Shown here piece after piece: positions 1 to 9,171 of a DNA stretch of 54,462 nucleotides (position 1 is the first letter of the stretch; each line of letters opens with the position of its first letter). Position numbers and translations under genes: made by a program. Under the pieces are notes generated by a model. It worked only from the letters and a program-made list of their open reading frames with translations. It ran no database searches and was not told the origin of the DNA. This DNA is from Nostocoides sp. (lineage in GTDB: Bacteria; Actinomycetota; Actinomycetes; Actinomycetales; Dermatophilaceae): positions 1 to 54,462 of the forward strand of contig DAORPX010000001.1 of NCBI GenBank assembly GCA_035442145.1, in the 5' to 3' direction.

Positions 1-50
1 CGACCTCCGGGTTATGAGCCCGGCGAGCTACCGAGCTGCTCCACCCCGCG
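1..50 (-). tRNA. Initiator tRNA-fMet (CAT), 5' portion; 3' end lies outside the window
   Basis: Reverse complement reads CGCGGGGTGGAGCAGCTCGGTAGCTCGCCGGGCTCATAACCCGGAGGTCG: typical fMet 5' end, D-arm, and GGG-CTCATAA-CCC anticodon arm with three G:C pairs. Confidence 0.95.
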
Positions 51-95
51 TCGGTGAGGAAACTCTACGTGAGCCGCGGCGTGGAACCAAATCGG

Positions 96-3000
96 TCAGC
101 CCGTGGGGGTAGCGGAGGCGGTGGGCGACGGGGTGGGAGTGACGCTCGCGGAGCCACCCTCGGGCTGCGCGGCAATGGCCTTGGCCAGGGCGTCCTGCAG
201 TCGCTTCTGGGCTGCGCCATAGGCCGCGAAGTCACCCTTCTCCAGTGCGGCTTGCCCCTCTTCGAATGCCGTCTGCATGTCCGCAAGTGCGGCCGCCAGG
301 ATCTCGGCATCCGTTTCGGGGGTGGTGGTCGGCGGCGGGGTGGTCCCGGAGCCGTCATCCCCGGCGTTGGCACCGGCGTTGCCGCCAAAGAGCTGATCGA
401 GCGCGCCGGTCAGGGTGTCGGACCAGCCGAGCTTGTCACCGAAGGCCGCTACCGTCACCCGGCTCAGCGGGTAGGCGCTGGCCGAGTTCGCACTGACATA
501 GATCGGCTGGACGTAGAGCAGTCCCCCACCGACCGGCAAGGTGAGCAGGTTGCCGAGGGTCACCCGGGACCCCTGTTGTCGGTTGTTATTGAGGAATTGA
601 CTCAACGTCAGCGCGAAGCCCGGATTGCTGAGGTTCGAGGAGTTGATGTCGTTCTGGACCTGCCCGGGCCCCTTGACATTCGAATCACGCGGCAACTCCA
701 GCAGCCGAAGTGTTCCGAAACCGGCCGCCTTGGTCCCGGTCGTCGTCCCGGCGTCCGAGTCCACCGCCAGGAAACCGGAGAGCACTTGCCGGTCTCCGGT
801 CGGCATGAAGGTCGTCGTGAGCGAGAACGCCGGCCGCTCCTGATCGGGCATCTCCAGGGTCAGGTAGTACGGCGGCTGGGGAACATCGAGACCCTCTTGC
901 GCCGGATCCTGCGGAACGCGCCAATAGTCATTGCCGCCGAAGAAGGAGTCGGCGTCGTTGACGTGATAGCGCGACAGGACCATCCGCTGAATTTTGAGCA
1001 GATCCTCGGGGTAGCGCAGGTGGGCCATGAGCGAGCCGCTGATTTCGGATAGCGGGGAGACGGATCCCGGGTAGGCCTTGGACCAGGTGCGCAGGAGCGG
1101 ATCGGCCTCGTCCCAGGCATACAGCTTCACCGCACCGTCGAAGGCGTCGACGGTGGCCTTGACCGAGTTGCGCACATAGTTGACCTGGCCGGCGCGGATC
1201 GCCGCCACGCTCGTGGCTCTTTGGGTCGTCGAATCAGAGGTCGCGATGTCGAGGCTTTCCAACTGCGAGTACGGGTAATTCGCCGTGGTGGTGTAGCCGT
1301 CGACGATCCACTGAACGCGGCCGTCGATGAGCGCCGGGTAGGGATTCCCGTCCAGGGTCAGCCAGGGGGCCACCCGCTGCACGCGCTCCAGCGGCCGCCG
1401 GTGATCGAGAATCCGCGATCCCGATCCCACGGCGTTGGAGAGCAAGAAGTTGAGTTCGCGGTACTTGACGGCGTATGCCGCCTGTCGGACGAAGGAGCCG
1501 ATCTGGACCCCGCCGGACCCGGCATACGTATTGTTCTTCTGCCCCTGGGGTGAGGAGTCGGGATAGTCGAACTCACGGGGCGCCTCTTGCGCCGTGCCCC
1601 CCACGATGGAGTACTCAGGCGACTGCTCGCCGAAGTAGATCCGCGGCTCGAACTCTCCCAGCGCCCCGGTCGGCGGGATATTGCGCACGGCAAAGACCGG
1701 CTGCCCATCGGAGTCCCGCTTGTTCCCGTAGGCAGCAACCACGCCGAATCCGTGCGTATAAACCGTGTGATCGTTGAGCCAGTTGCGTTGCGATGCCGGC
1801 ACGCCGTCGAGCGACAGTTCGCGGGCGGCGATGACGATGTCCGCCTCCTTACCGTCGATGATGTAGCGGTCGACGTCCAGTGCGTCAGGGAATGCGTAAT
1901 AGGGCTTGAGCGCCTGCAACTGGCGGAAGGTGGGTGCCACGACGATGGGGTCGACGAGGCGGATCCCTGGGATCGTCTCGGCGTCATTGCGCAACTGACC
2001 AGAGGAGGCTTCCGTGCGCGCCTGATAGGGCGTTGTCTCCACCTTGTCCAGCCCGTATGCCGTGCGCGTGGCATTGATATTGCGCTGGATATAGGGCGCC
2101 TCGAGCGACTTCTCGGACGGCTTGACCCGCACCGACTGAATGATGGCCGGATAGATCCCCCCAACAACGACCGAGGTGATCACGAGCAGAGCGACACCGA
2201 TGATCGGCAGCCGCCACGAACGCGTGACGATGGCCGCGAGGAAGAGCGCTGCCACGATGACCGCGGCGATGGCCAGGATGAAGCGGGTGGGCAGCACCGC
2301 CTTGGCGTCGGTATAGGTGATCCCGGTGATCAGCCGGGATTCCTTGGTCGCCAAGGTGTAGCGACTGACGACATAGGACGCCGCCCGCAACAGCGCCAGA
2401 GCGGCACCAAGGACGGCAACCTGTGTCATCGCGGCGCGCGTCGAGGGCCCCCGCCCCGGCAACTGCAACCCGCCATAGATGTACTGAGTGAACGCCCCCG
2501 CAACCAAGGCGGCCCCGAACGCCAACGTCAAGAATCCGATGACGGTTTGCAGCCAGGGAACGGTGAAGACGAAGAAGGCAATGTCCCGGCCAAAGTGCGC
2601 ATCGGTGCTCCCGAAAGGCACCTGGTTGGCCCACAAGAGATAGGTCCGCCACTGCCCGGCAGCGGCCGTGGCGGCCAATGCTCCCAGAACGACCGGAATC
2701 GCGATCACGGCCACCCGGCGCACCGGCTCGATGGCTTCGCGGTACTGCTCGAGACTGTCGCTGCCCCGGGTGCGCGGCACATAGAAGGGCCGCGTGCGAT
2801 AGGCGATCAGCAGGCTCGCGAACACCAAACCGGCGACCAGCGCGAACCCCACGGCACCTAGTCCAAGTCGAGTCAGCAGGGTCGTGCTGAAGACGCCGCT
2901 AAAACCCACCGACCGGAACCACAGCAGGTCGGTCCAGACGCCGGCCAGCCCGGTTGCCACGGCCGCGAGGACCGCCAGGGCGATCAGGGTGGGCACCAGC

Positions 3001-3098
3001 GGGCCACGACGACGCGACGAGGCAGCGGGACGAGGGATGGGGCGTTGCGGCGGGGTGTCCCCCGCCTCAGCGGCTCCGGACCAATCGGATTCACTCAC
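96..3098 (-). CDS. UPF0182 family membrane protein
   Basis: 1000 aa; N-terminal TM helices (WTDLLWFRSVGF), motifs YTHGFG, PRIYFGE, WIVDGYTT, NYVRNSVKATVDAFDG, HLRYPEDL; usual position next to tRNA-Met. Confidence 0.93.
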   Translation of the reverse strand: MSESDWSGAAEAGDTPPQRPIPRPAASSRRRGPLVPTLIALAVLAAVATGLAGVWTDLLWFRSVGFSGVFSTTLLTRLGLGAVGFALVAGLVFASLLIAYRTRPFYVPRTRGSDSLEQYREAIEPVRRVAVIAIPVVLGALAATAAAGQWRTYLLWANQVPFGSTDAHFGRDIAFFVFTVPWLQTVIGFLTLAFGAALVAGAFTQYIYGGLQLPGRGPSTRAAMTQVAVLGAALALLRAASYVVSRYTLATKESRLITGITYTDAKAVLPTRFILAIAAVIVAALFLAAIVTRSWRLPIIGVALLVITSVVVGGIYPAIIQSVRVKPSEKSLEAPYIQRNINATRTAYGLDKVETTPYQARTEASSGQLRNDAETIPGIRLVDPIVVAPTFRQLQALKPYYAFPDALDVDRYIIDGKEADIVIAARELSLDGVPASQRNWLNDHTVYTHGFGVVAAYGNKRDSDGQPVFAVRNIPPTGALGEFEPRIYFGEQSPEYSIVGGTAQEAPREFDYPDSSPQGQKNNTYAGSGGVQIGSFVRQAAYAVKYRELNFLLSNAVGSGSRILDHRRPLERVQRVAPWLTLDGNPYPALIDGRVQWIVDGYTTTANYPYSQLESLDIATSDSTTQRATSVAAIRAGQVNYVRNSVKATVDAFDGAVKLYAWDEADPLLRTWSKAYPGSVSPLSEISGSLMAHLRYPEDLLKIQRMVLSRYHVNDADSFFGGNDYWRVPQDPAQEGLDVPQPPYYLTLEMPDQERPAFSLTTTFMPTGDRQVLSGFLAVDSDAGTTTGTKAAGFGTLRLLELPRDSNVKGPGQVQNDINSSNLSNPGFALTLSQFLNNNRQQGSRVTLGNLLTLPVGGGLLYVQPIYVSANSASAYPLSRVTVAAFGDKLGWSDTLTGALDQLFGGNAGANAGDDGSGTTPPPTTTPETDAEILAAALADMQTAFEEGQAALEKGDFAAYGAAQKRLQDALAKAIAAQPEGGSASVTPTPSPTASATPTG

Positions 3099-3156
3099 TG
3101 GGGCAACCTACCTAGTGAATCTGACAACGCGGCCCAGGCAGGTAACGATATAGACC

Positions 3157-3693
3157 ATGAATACCCCCATCGCCGCCGCGGACGACCCCCTGCAGCGTGT
3201 TGCCACCGAGACGGAGCGGTATGTCGCTCGCTCCGGCTGGGATCAGCCGGCGCGTCTCTTCGCCATCGTCCCGACCCTCGCGTTGGCCGGCAGCGCCCCT
3301 GATCTCGCCATCGAGGACCAGGCGCCCGAGGATCTCTCGGCGGTCGAACAGGAGGGATTTAGCGAAGACGGGGACATTGCTGCGGCACTGGCGCGCATCG
3401 TGTGGCCGGCCGCCGTGGTCGGTGCGGCGTTGAGCGTCGAGCGGATCGTGGTGCCACCGGCCGCCGAGGCCGAACTCCCCGACGACCCCCACGAGGCCCT
3501 GGAGCACTTGCGAACCCACCCCGGGCGCCGGGATGTGCGCCTGCTCGCGGCCGTCCACCGCGACGGTCGGGCCATGTGCCTGCTGCGTCAGCGCGCCTAT
3601 GACAGCGACGACCTGGTCGCGACCGGCCCCGACCTGGCTGGTGCGCTGGTCGAGGCTCTTGCCCAGACGCTTCTCGAGGACCCGGCCAGCTAA
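3157..3693 (+). CDS. PPA1309 family protein
   Basis: GWDQPARLFA, LARIVWP, HPGRRDVRL motifs; divergent from UPF0182 as in other actinobacteria. Confidence 0.85.
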   Translation: MNTPIAAADDPLQRVATETERYVARSGWDQPARLFAIVPTLALAGSAPDLAIEDQAPEDLSAVEQEGFSEDGDIAAALARIVWPAAVVGAALSVERIVVPPAAEAELPDDPHEALEHLRTHPGRRDVRLLAAVHRDGRAMCLLRQRAYDSDDLVATGPDLAGALVEALAQTLLEDPAS

Positions 3694-3700
3694 CAGGAAG

Positions 3701-4807
3701 CTAGGGGCAGGTAGGCAAGCCGCCCGAACCGTCAGCGATCTTCGCCACGGCAGCGACCGCTTCGTCGAAGGTCGCGATCCGCACGATGGTCAGGCCCTCC
3801 GGAGCTTGACCCGACACGTCTGGGCAGTTGGCTGCGGGGGCCAGGAAGAAGTCCGCGCCGGCGGCCTGGGCCCCGACCACTTTCTGCCGGATGCCGCCGA
3901 TCGGGCCGACCGCGCCCGCGTCGTCGATGGTCCCTGTGCCCGCGATGGCCTTGCCTCCGGTCATCGACCCCGGAGTCAACAGGTCTCGAATTGCCAAAGC
4001 GAACATGGTGCCCGCAGATGGCCCGCCGACGTCGCCCGCGCGGACGATCACCTCGACGGGCAGGTCGTAGTCGATGCGCAGCCGCACGCCCAGCACTGTG
4101 CTGCCGTCGACCTCGGTGGTCTTGGCCTGCACGTCCTGCTCACGCCCGCCCCGTTCGATGGTGAGATCGACGCTCTCCCCCGGCGGATGCGCCGTGATGC
4201 CCAGCTGGATCTGCTCGATCGAGGTCACGACACGGCCATCGACTGCTGTGATGGCATCGCCCACCTTGATGACCGACCGGGCCGGGGCGTCGTCGGCGAG
4301 GCTCCCGACGACGAACCGGCGACCAACGTCCTTCCCCAGGCTGCGCAGGGCCACGACCGCGGCCTCCTGCTGGCTGTTGACCATTTCTTCCTGGTTGCGC
4401 TCCTGGACCTGCTCGGACGTGCTGCCCTCGGGGAAGAGCAACCTCTCACGAAAGATGTCGTCGTCGGGGTCGAGCCAGGCGCCCAACAGGTCCCAGGCGT
4501 TGACCCGGCGCCCGGGTCCGCCGCTCACGCGCACGGTCGTGAAGTCGAGGGAGCCCGTCGTCGGATAGGTGGTGGCGTCGGGCACCTCGATCAGGGGCTT
4601 GCCGGAGGCGTCGACGCCCAGGGTGTTGGTGGCGGGGCCGGGACGCAGCACGGCATACGGCAGTGGGATCAGCGCGATCACGGCCGCGAGCCCGAGCCCC
4701 AGAAAGGTGGACCAGAGGAGGCGGCTGGTGCCGGGTGACAGCGCCCGCGGATCGGCAGTGGGCGTCGCCGCAGCGTCGGCCACTGTTGCGGAGGGAGGCT
4801 CGCTCAT
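3701..4807 (-). CDS. PDZ-domain Lon-like (S16/YlbL) protease
   Basis: N-terminal TM, PDZ region, catalytic GGPSAG and GPIGGIRQK motifs; start placed at ATG 4807 overlapping the moaE stop. Confidence 0.9.
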   Translation of the reverse strand: MSEPPSATVADAAATPTADPRALSPGTSRLLWSTFLGLGLAAVIALIPLPYAVLRPGPATNTLGVDASGKPLIEVPDATTYPTTGSLDFTTVRVSGGPGRRVNAWDLLGAWLDPDDDIFRERLLFPEGSTSEQVQERNQEEMVNSQQEAAVVALRSLGKDVGRRFVVGSLADDAPARSVIKVGDAITAVDGRVVTSIEQIQLGITAHPPGESVDLTIERGGREQDVQAKTTEVDGSTVLGVRLRIDYDLPVEVIVRAGDVGGPSAGTMFALAIRDLLTPGSMTGGKAIAGTGTIDDAGAVGPIGGIRQKVVGAQAAGADFFLAPAANCPDVSGQAPEGLTIVRIATFDEAVAAVAKIADGSGGLPTCP

Positions 4808-5253
4808 GGCAGTCCCACCCACTCGCTCTCGCCGTCCGAGAAGTGCTGGTGCTTCCAGATCGGCGTGCTCGCCTTGAGCCGCTCGATGAGGTCGGCGCCC
4901 GCGGCGAAGGCGGCTTCCCGATGCGGCGCCGCGACGGCGGTGATCACAGCGATATCGCCGATGGCCAGGTCACCGCACCGGTGCACCGCGGCGACCGCGC
5001 GCACGGCATACTCCTGCGCGACCGCGAGGGCCACCTCGCTCATCCGCTGCAGGGCCAGCGGGTGGGCCTCATAGGTCAGGGCGGCGACCGCCCGCTCGTG
5101 ATCGTGATCGCGGACCCGACCGACGAAGAGGACCTGGGCCCCGCACGTGGGGTCGCCGATCGCATCGAGCACCTCGGAGGGCGAGAGCGGTGCGTCGCGG
5201 ATGGCGCACAGGCGCAGCACGGGCGCCGCACTGCCATCGTCGAAGGCGCCCAT
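4804..5253 (-). CDS. moaE: Molybdopterin synthase catalytic subunit MoaE
   Basis: FVGRVRDHD, LTYEAHP, HRCGDLAIGD, PHREAAF, LKASTPIWKHQ; CAGGAG RBS before ATG 5253. Confidence 0.9.
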   Translation of the reverse strand: MGAFDDGSAAPVLRLCAIRDAPLSPSEVLDAIGDPTCGAQVLFVGRVRDHDHERAVAALTYEAHPLALQRMSEVALAVAQEYAVRAVAAVHRCGDLAIGDIAVITAVAAPHREAAFAAGADLIERLKASTPIWKHQHFSDGESEWVGLP

Positions 5254-5348
5254 CGATTTCTCCTGTGGAAAGTCGGGAACTGTCACGGCATGCGCGTGGT
5301 TGTCTTGGATGACACATTCTCACCCAGGGCCCTAGAGGAGAAATCACC

Positions 5349-6746
5349 GTGCCCGAGAACAGCGAGCGCCCCGACGAGTCGGCCGACCCTGCCGGCGGCC
5401 TGCCGCCCGAGATGTTGAATGCCCTCCGGCGGCTCACGGGTGGGGCCGATCTGCCACCGGAGCTGCTGCAGCAGTTGGAGACCATGGGGCTAGGCGGCAT
5501 ACCCGTCGAGCAGTTCGAGGGCATGCTCGCGCAGTTCCAGTCCATGTTCGCCGGACCGGATGAGGGACCGTTGTCGCCGAGCATTGCGACCGACGTCGCC
5601 CGCCAGCTGATCGCCGCGCAGGGCGATGCGTCGATGGGTGAGCGCGAGGCGAGCCTCGCGCGCGAGGCCGCCCACGTTGCCGACCTCTGGCTGGGGCAGG
5701 TGAGCGACCTCGAGGCGCCCGGCCTGCAGGGCGTGGCCTGGTCGCGATCCGAATGGATCGAAGACACCTTCCCCGTCTGGCAGGAGGTTGTCTCCCCCGT
5801 GGCGATCGGGGTGAGCAGGGCCCTGACCCGGGCGATGAGCGCCCAATTTGCTGACGGTGGCCTCGAAGGGATCCAGGGGATGCTGCCGCCCGGCACCAAC
5901 CCCGCGGCGGCAATGGCCCAGATCGGGCCGATGTTGGACAGGGCCGGAGCGTCGATGTTCTCGATGCAACTGGGGCAGGGGCTGGCGGGCCTGGCCGGGG
6001 AGACCCTGACCGGCACCGAGGTGTCCTTGCCGCTCACGAGCCGGCACCTCGTCGCGCTCATCCCGGCCAATATTGCCGCGTTCGCCGACGGGCTGGAGAT
6101 CGACCTCGAGCAAGTCTGGCTCTATCTGGCCGTTCGCGAGGCGGCCCGCCTGCGCTTGTTCGCGGGCGTCCCGTGGCTCGGTCCGCAGATTCTGACGGCC
6201 GTCCAGGACTATGCCCGCGATATCGCCATCGACACCGAAGCGATCGACGCAGCCATGCAGGGACTCGACCCCGCGGACCCGCAGGCCATGCAGCAGACCA
6301 TGGCCGACAAGCTCTTCTCCCCCACCCCGACACCGGCGCAGCAGGCGGCATTGTCGCGGCTGGAGACCTGGCTGGCGCTGGTCGAGGGGTGGGTCGATGT
6401 GGTGACCGAACGTGCGGCCGGGGCCCATCTGCCCCAGGCCTCGGCACTCGGTGAGACCATGCGGCGGCGCCGGGCAACCGGGGGGCCGGCGGAGAAGACC
6501 TTCGCCTCGCTCGTGGGATTGGAGTTGCGCCCCCGACGGTTGCGGGACGCCGCAAACCTGTTCGCCGCTTTGGAGGACAAGGGCGGCTCGGCGTTGCGCG
6601 ACTCCGCGTGGGGTCACCCGGATATTGCACCCACCGCCGCGGATCTGGACGACGTGCTGGCGTATGTCGAGCGCCGCACCGCCGTGCCCGAGCCCGACTC
6701 CATGGATGACGCCTTGCGCGAATTGCTGGACGGGGCGAGCGAGTGA
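5349..6746 (+). CDS. Zinc-dependent metalloprotease / putative hydrolase (DUF2342-like)
   Basis: WSRSEWIEDT, LAVREAAR (degenerate HExxH position), LALVEGWVD, RRRRATGGPAE, GLELRPRRLRDA; GAGGAG RBS. Confidence 0.85.
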   Translation: MPENSERPDESADPAGGLPPEMLNALRRLTGGADLPPELLQQLETMGLGGIPVEQFEGMLAQFQSMFAGPDEGPLSPSIATDVARQLIAAQGDASMGEREASLAREAAHVADLWLGQVSDLEAPGLQGVAWSRSEWIEDTFPVWQEVVSPVAIGVSRALTRAMSAQFADGGLEGIQGMLPPGTNPAAAMAQIGPMLDRAGASMFSMQLGQGLAGLAGETLTGTEVSLPLTSRHLVALIPANIAAFADGLEIDLEQVWLYLAVREAARLRLFAGVPWLGPQILTAVQDYARDIAIDTEAIDAAMQGLDPADPQAMQQTMADKLFSPTPTPAQQAALSRLETWLALVEGWVDVVTERAAGAHLPQASALGETMRRRRATGGPAEKTFASLVGLELRPRRLRDAANLFAALEDKGGSALRDSAWGHPDIAPTAADLDDVLAYVERRTAVPEPDSMDDALRELLDGASE

Positions 6747-7315
6747 CCCGCATCGCCCCGGTCGGGGTGCGGCATTTGTATGACGATGCGCTGGCCCTGC
6801 TCCTGGGCTGGCGAGCGCCGGATGAGACCCGCGAGCAATTGCGTCGCGGTTTCCTGGCCGCCCTGGCCAGCGATCCGATGACGGTCGCCAAGGACGGCCC
6901 GCCGGCCCACCTGACGGCCTCGTGCCTGGTCCTGAGCCCGGACGGCACGCACGTGCTCCTGCATCTGCACCGCCGCGCGGAACTGTGGTTGCAGTTTGGG
7001 GGCCACTTGGAGCCCGAGGATCCAGGCGTCTGGGCGGCCGCCGCGCGCGAGGCGCGCGAGGAGTCCGGCCTGGTCGAGCTCGTTCCGGATGCCGACCCCA
7101 TCGATGTGGACCGTCATCAGCTCAGCGGGCGCTTCGAGGGGTGCACCGAGCACCTTGACGTGCGCTTCCTGGCCGTTGCGGATGTCACGGATCTGCCGCA
7201 GGCGAGCGCCGAGTCACTGGATATCGCCTGGTTCCCGATCGACGCGCTGCCGCCGAACACGCCCACGGATCTGGGTCGGCTGATCGCCCTGGGCCGCGGG
7301 CGCCTGGCCCGTTAG
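6743..7315 (+). CDS. NUDIX hydrolase
   Basis: HLTAS and Nudix box [24 protein letters not shown]; GTGA overlap with the upstream gene. Confidence 0.9.
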   Translation: MTRIAPVGVRHLYDDALALLLGWRAPDETREQLRRGFLAALASDPMTVAKDGPPAHLTASCLVLSPDGTHVLLHLHRRAELWLQFGGHLEPEDPGVWAAAAREAREESGLVELVPDADPIDVDRHQLSGRFEGCTEHLDVRFLAVADVTDLPQASAESLDIAWFPIDALPPNTPTDLGRLIALGRGRLAR

Positions 7316-7881
7316 CCGTCCTCGTCGTCGTCGCGGATGTCTAGCCCGGCGGTGGCGCTGACACCATCGAGGAAACCGCGGGCCCGCTCGGTCAGCGGAT
7401 ACCGGGCCACCAGTGCCCAGAAGTCCGGCCCATGGCCGGGAACCAGCAGGTGCACGAGCTCGTGCACGAGGACGTAGTCCACGACATACGAGGGCATCTC
7501 GCGGAGCCGATCCGAGAGTCGGATGGTGCCGGTCGACGGGGTGCAGGACCCCCACCGGCGCTCCTGATTGCCCACCCACCGGACACTGGAGGGCCGCGCC
7601 CGACCATCCAGGTAGCGCTGCGAGAGACGAGCCGCTCGAGGGGCCAGGTCGGCGTCCAGCGCTTTGGCCGACCGGCGCGGCGTGGCCCGCTCCACCTTGT
7701 CGACCATCCGGGCCACCCACTGGCGCTCCACCTGCGCGTCGAGGCCGGCGGGGACCATGACGATGATGCGATCGCCCTCGCGCCGCGCGCTGACGGTCCG
7801 ATGGCGGCGGGCGCTGCGCCGGATCTCGACGATCGCGCCAGGCTCCCGCGGCTCGCGCGAGGACTGGTTGGGCTGGGGCAC
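7312..7881 (-). CDS. M48/YgjP (DUF45) family metallopeptidase
   Basis: [16 protein letters not shown] (HExxH), HGPDFW. Confidence 0.9.
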   Translation of the reverse strand: MPQPNQSSREPREPGAIVEIRRSARRHRTVSARREGDRIIVMVPAGLDAQVERQWVARMVDKVERATPRRSAKALDADLAPRAARLSQRYLDGRARPSSVRWVGNQERRWGSCTPSTGTIRLSDRLREMPSYVVDYVLVHELVHLLVPGHGPDFWALVARYPLTERARGFLDGVSATAGLDIRDDDEDG

Positions 7882-8016
7882 GCCCTGAGCCTAACCCCGA
7901 CGCACCCCACCGCTTCGCGGCCAAATCGGGCGAACCACGCTCACCGTGATCTAGGGTGAGCGTGATGCCGGAGCCCAAGCCCGGCTAAGCACGACCCACC
8001 GATTTGAGGAGAAACC

Positions 8017-8178
8017 ATGGCGGACGAGACCTACAAGGGCGAGTTCTACTGCGTCAAGTGCAAGGCCAAGCGCGAGGCCGAGGGGCGCATCGTGACGACC
8101 GAGAATGGCCGTCGGATGGCGAAGGGGACCTGCCCGGTCTGCAGCACCAACCTCAACCGCATCCTCGCAAAGGCCTAA
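8017..8178 (+). CDS. Small zinc-ribbon protein (DUF5679-like), 53 aa; missing from the ORF track
   Basis: GAGGAG RBS, then MADETYKGEFYCVKCKAKREAEGRIVTTENGRRMAKGTCPVCSTNLNRILAKA*; two CxxC motifs, GC3-rich codons. Confidence 0.9.
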   Translation: MADETYKGEFYCVKCKAKREAEGRIVTTENGRRMAKGTCPVCSTNLNRILAKA

Positions 8179-8194
8179 CACGGCGCGAGCGTGA

Positions 8195-8233
8195 CGAGGG
8201 GCGTTGTCCACAGGCTGTGGGCAACGCCCCTCG
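8195..8233. terminator. 19-bp-arm hairpin after the zinc-ribbon gene, containing two facing DnaA-box-like 9-mers
   Basis: CGAGGGGCGTTGTCCACAG-G-CTGTGGGCAACGCCCCTCG, one G:U-type mismatch; TTGTCCACA at 8204-8212, TGTGGGCAA at 8216-8224. Confidence 0.6.
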
Positions 8234-8301
8234 CGCCGTCCAGGACTCTGCCAAGGTGGAACCGGGGGCCAGCCCGGTCCCCGCGCACAGGCAGGAGAGT
8301 C

Positions 8302-9171
8302 ATGCCCGAGTGGCCGCGGCTGCGGGACCGGCTCGCTCCCTTGATGCGCCTGGACGGCACCGTGCAGTTCGGCCTCGATCCCAGCCGGGGTCTGCGGATC
8401 GGAGGCCTCAGCGAACCGGAGATCGGCTGGTTGCGCGCCTTGGATGGCGCCACGGACCCGTTGACGGTCGGCGCCCGCGCCGGGCTCGACACCCAGCGAC
8501 TCGACACACTGCTCCGTATGCTGTCCGAGGCCGGCTTGCTGGCCGGGCCGACGCGCCCGCGCGCAGGCCTGCCCCCCGTCCGCGGGGTTCGGTCGGCCAG
8601 GGTGTGGATCGAGGGCACGGCACCGGTGGGCGAGCGCCTGGCCGATCTGCTGCGGCACGCGGGCGTCCGGGAGGTCTCGCGCCTTCCCGGCTCTGGCCCC
8701 ATCCCCCGCTACCGCCGTGCACCCGATGTCGTGGTGCTGGCCACTCCCGGGCCAGCGATGGCTCCCGACGGCATGCGATGGCGCGAGCGTGGGGTGGCGC
8801 ACCTGCCCGTGTCGCACTGCCACGTGGGAACGGGAGTGGGGCCGCTCGTACCACCGCTCGGTGGCCCGTGTCTGGAATGCATCGATCGGGCCCGCGCCGA
8901 TCGCGACCCCTCGTGGGAGTGGGTCGCCGCACAGGCCCGCACCCAGGCAGACCCGCTCGAGACGAGCCGCGACGACGCCGGGATCGCCATTGCGGCCGGG
9001 CTGGCCGCGCGGCTCGTCCTGGCCCACCTCGAGGGTCTCCCCTTGCCCGTGGGCGTCGCTTTCGAGGTGGCCAACCCCTGGCCGGGCGTGCGTCAACACC
9101 GATGGCGGGTGCACCCTGGCTGCCCGTTGTGTACCCAGGACCTCGCGCAGCAGACGACAATGGGCGCGTGA
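8302..9171 (+). CDS. ThiF/TOMM-cyclodehydratase-scaffold-like protein (Rv3196-like)
   Basis: CAGGAG RBS; N-terminal VQFGLDP...LRALDG...LSEAGLL helical region; C-terminal GPLV..PCLECID and HPGCPLC Zn motifs. Confidence 0.72.
   Translation: MPEWPRLRDRLAPLMRLDGTVQFGLDPSRGLRIGGLSEPEIGWLRALDGATDPLTVGARAGLDTQRLDTLLRMLSEAGLLAGPTRPRAGLPPVRGVRSARVWIEGTAPVGERLADLLRHAGVREVSRLPGSGPIPRYRRAPDVVVLATPGPAMAPDGMRWRERGVAHLPVSHCHVGTGVGPLVPPLGGPCLECIDRARADRDPSWEWVAAQARTQADPLETSRDDAGIAIAAGLAARLVLAHLEGLPLPVGVAFEVANPWPGVRQHRWRVHPGCPLCTQDLAQQTTMGA

Noticed and set aside
1-95. Genomic island integrated at tRNA-Met
   Set aside because: Only the tRNA 5' part is in the window; an integration site would be at the 3' end, outside it.
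8004-9167. 832-aa ORF as a long ABC1 kinase fusion
   Set aside because: The first 388 codons are Arg/Pro-rich shadow sequence overlapping two real genes; kinase homology starts at GTG 9168.
4804-9171. MoaE plus ThiF-like protein as a ubiquitin-like sulfur-transfer system
   Set aside because: No MoaD/ThiS-type carrier ending in Gly-Gly was found nearby, and the ThiF-like ATP loop is degenerate.
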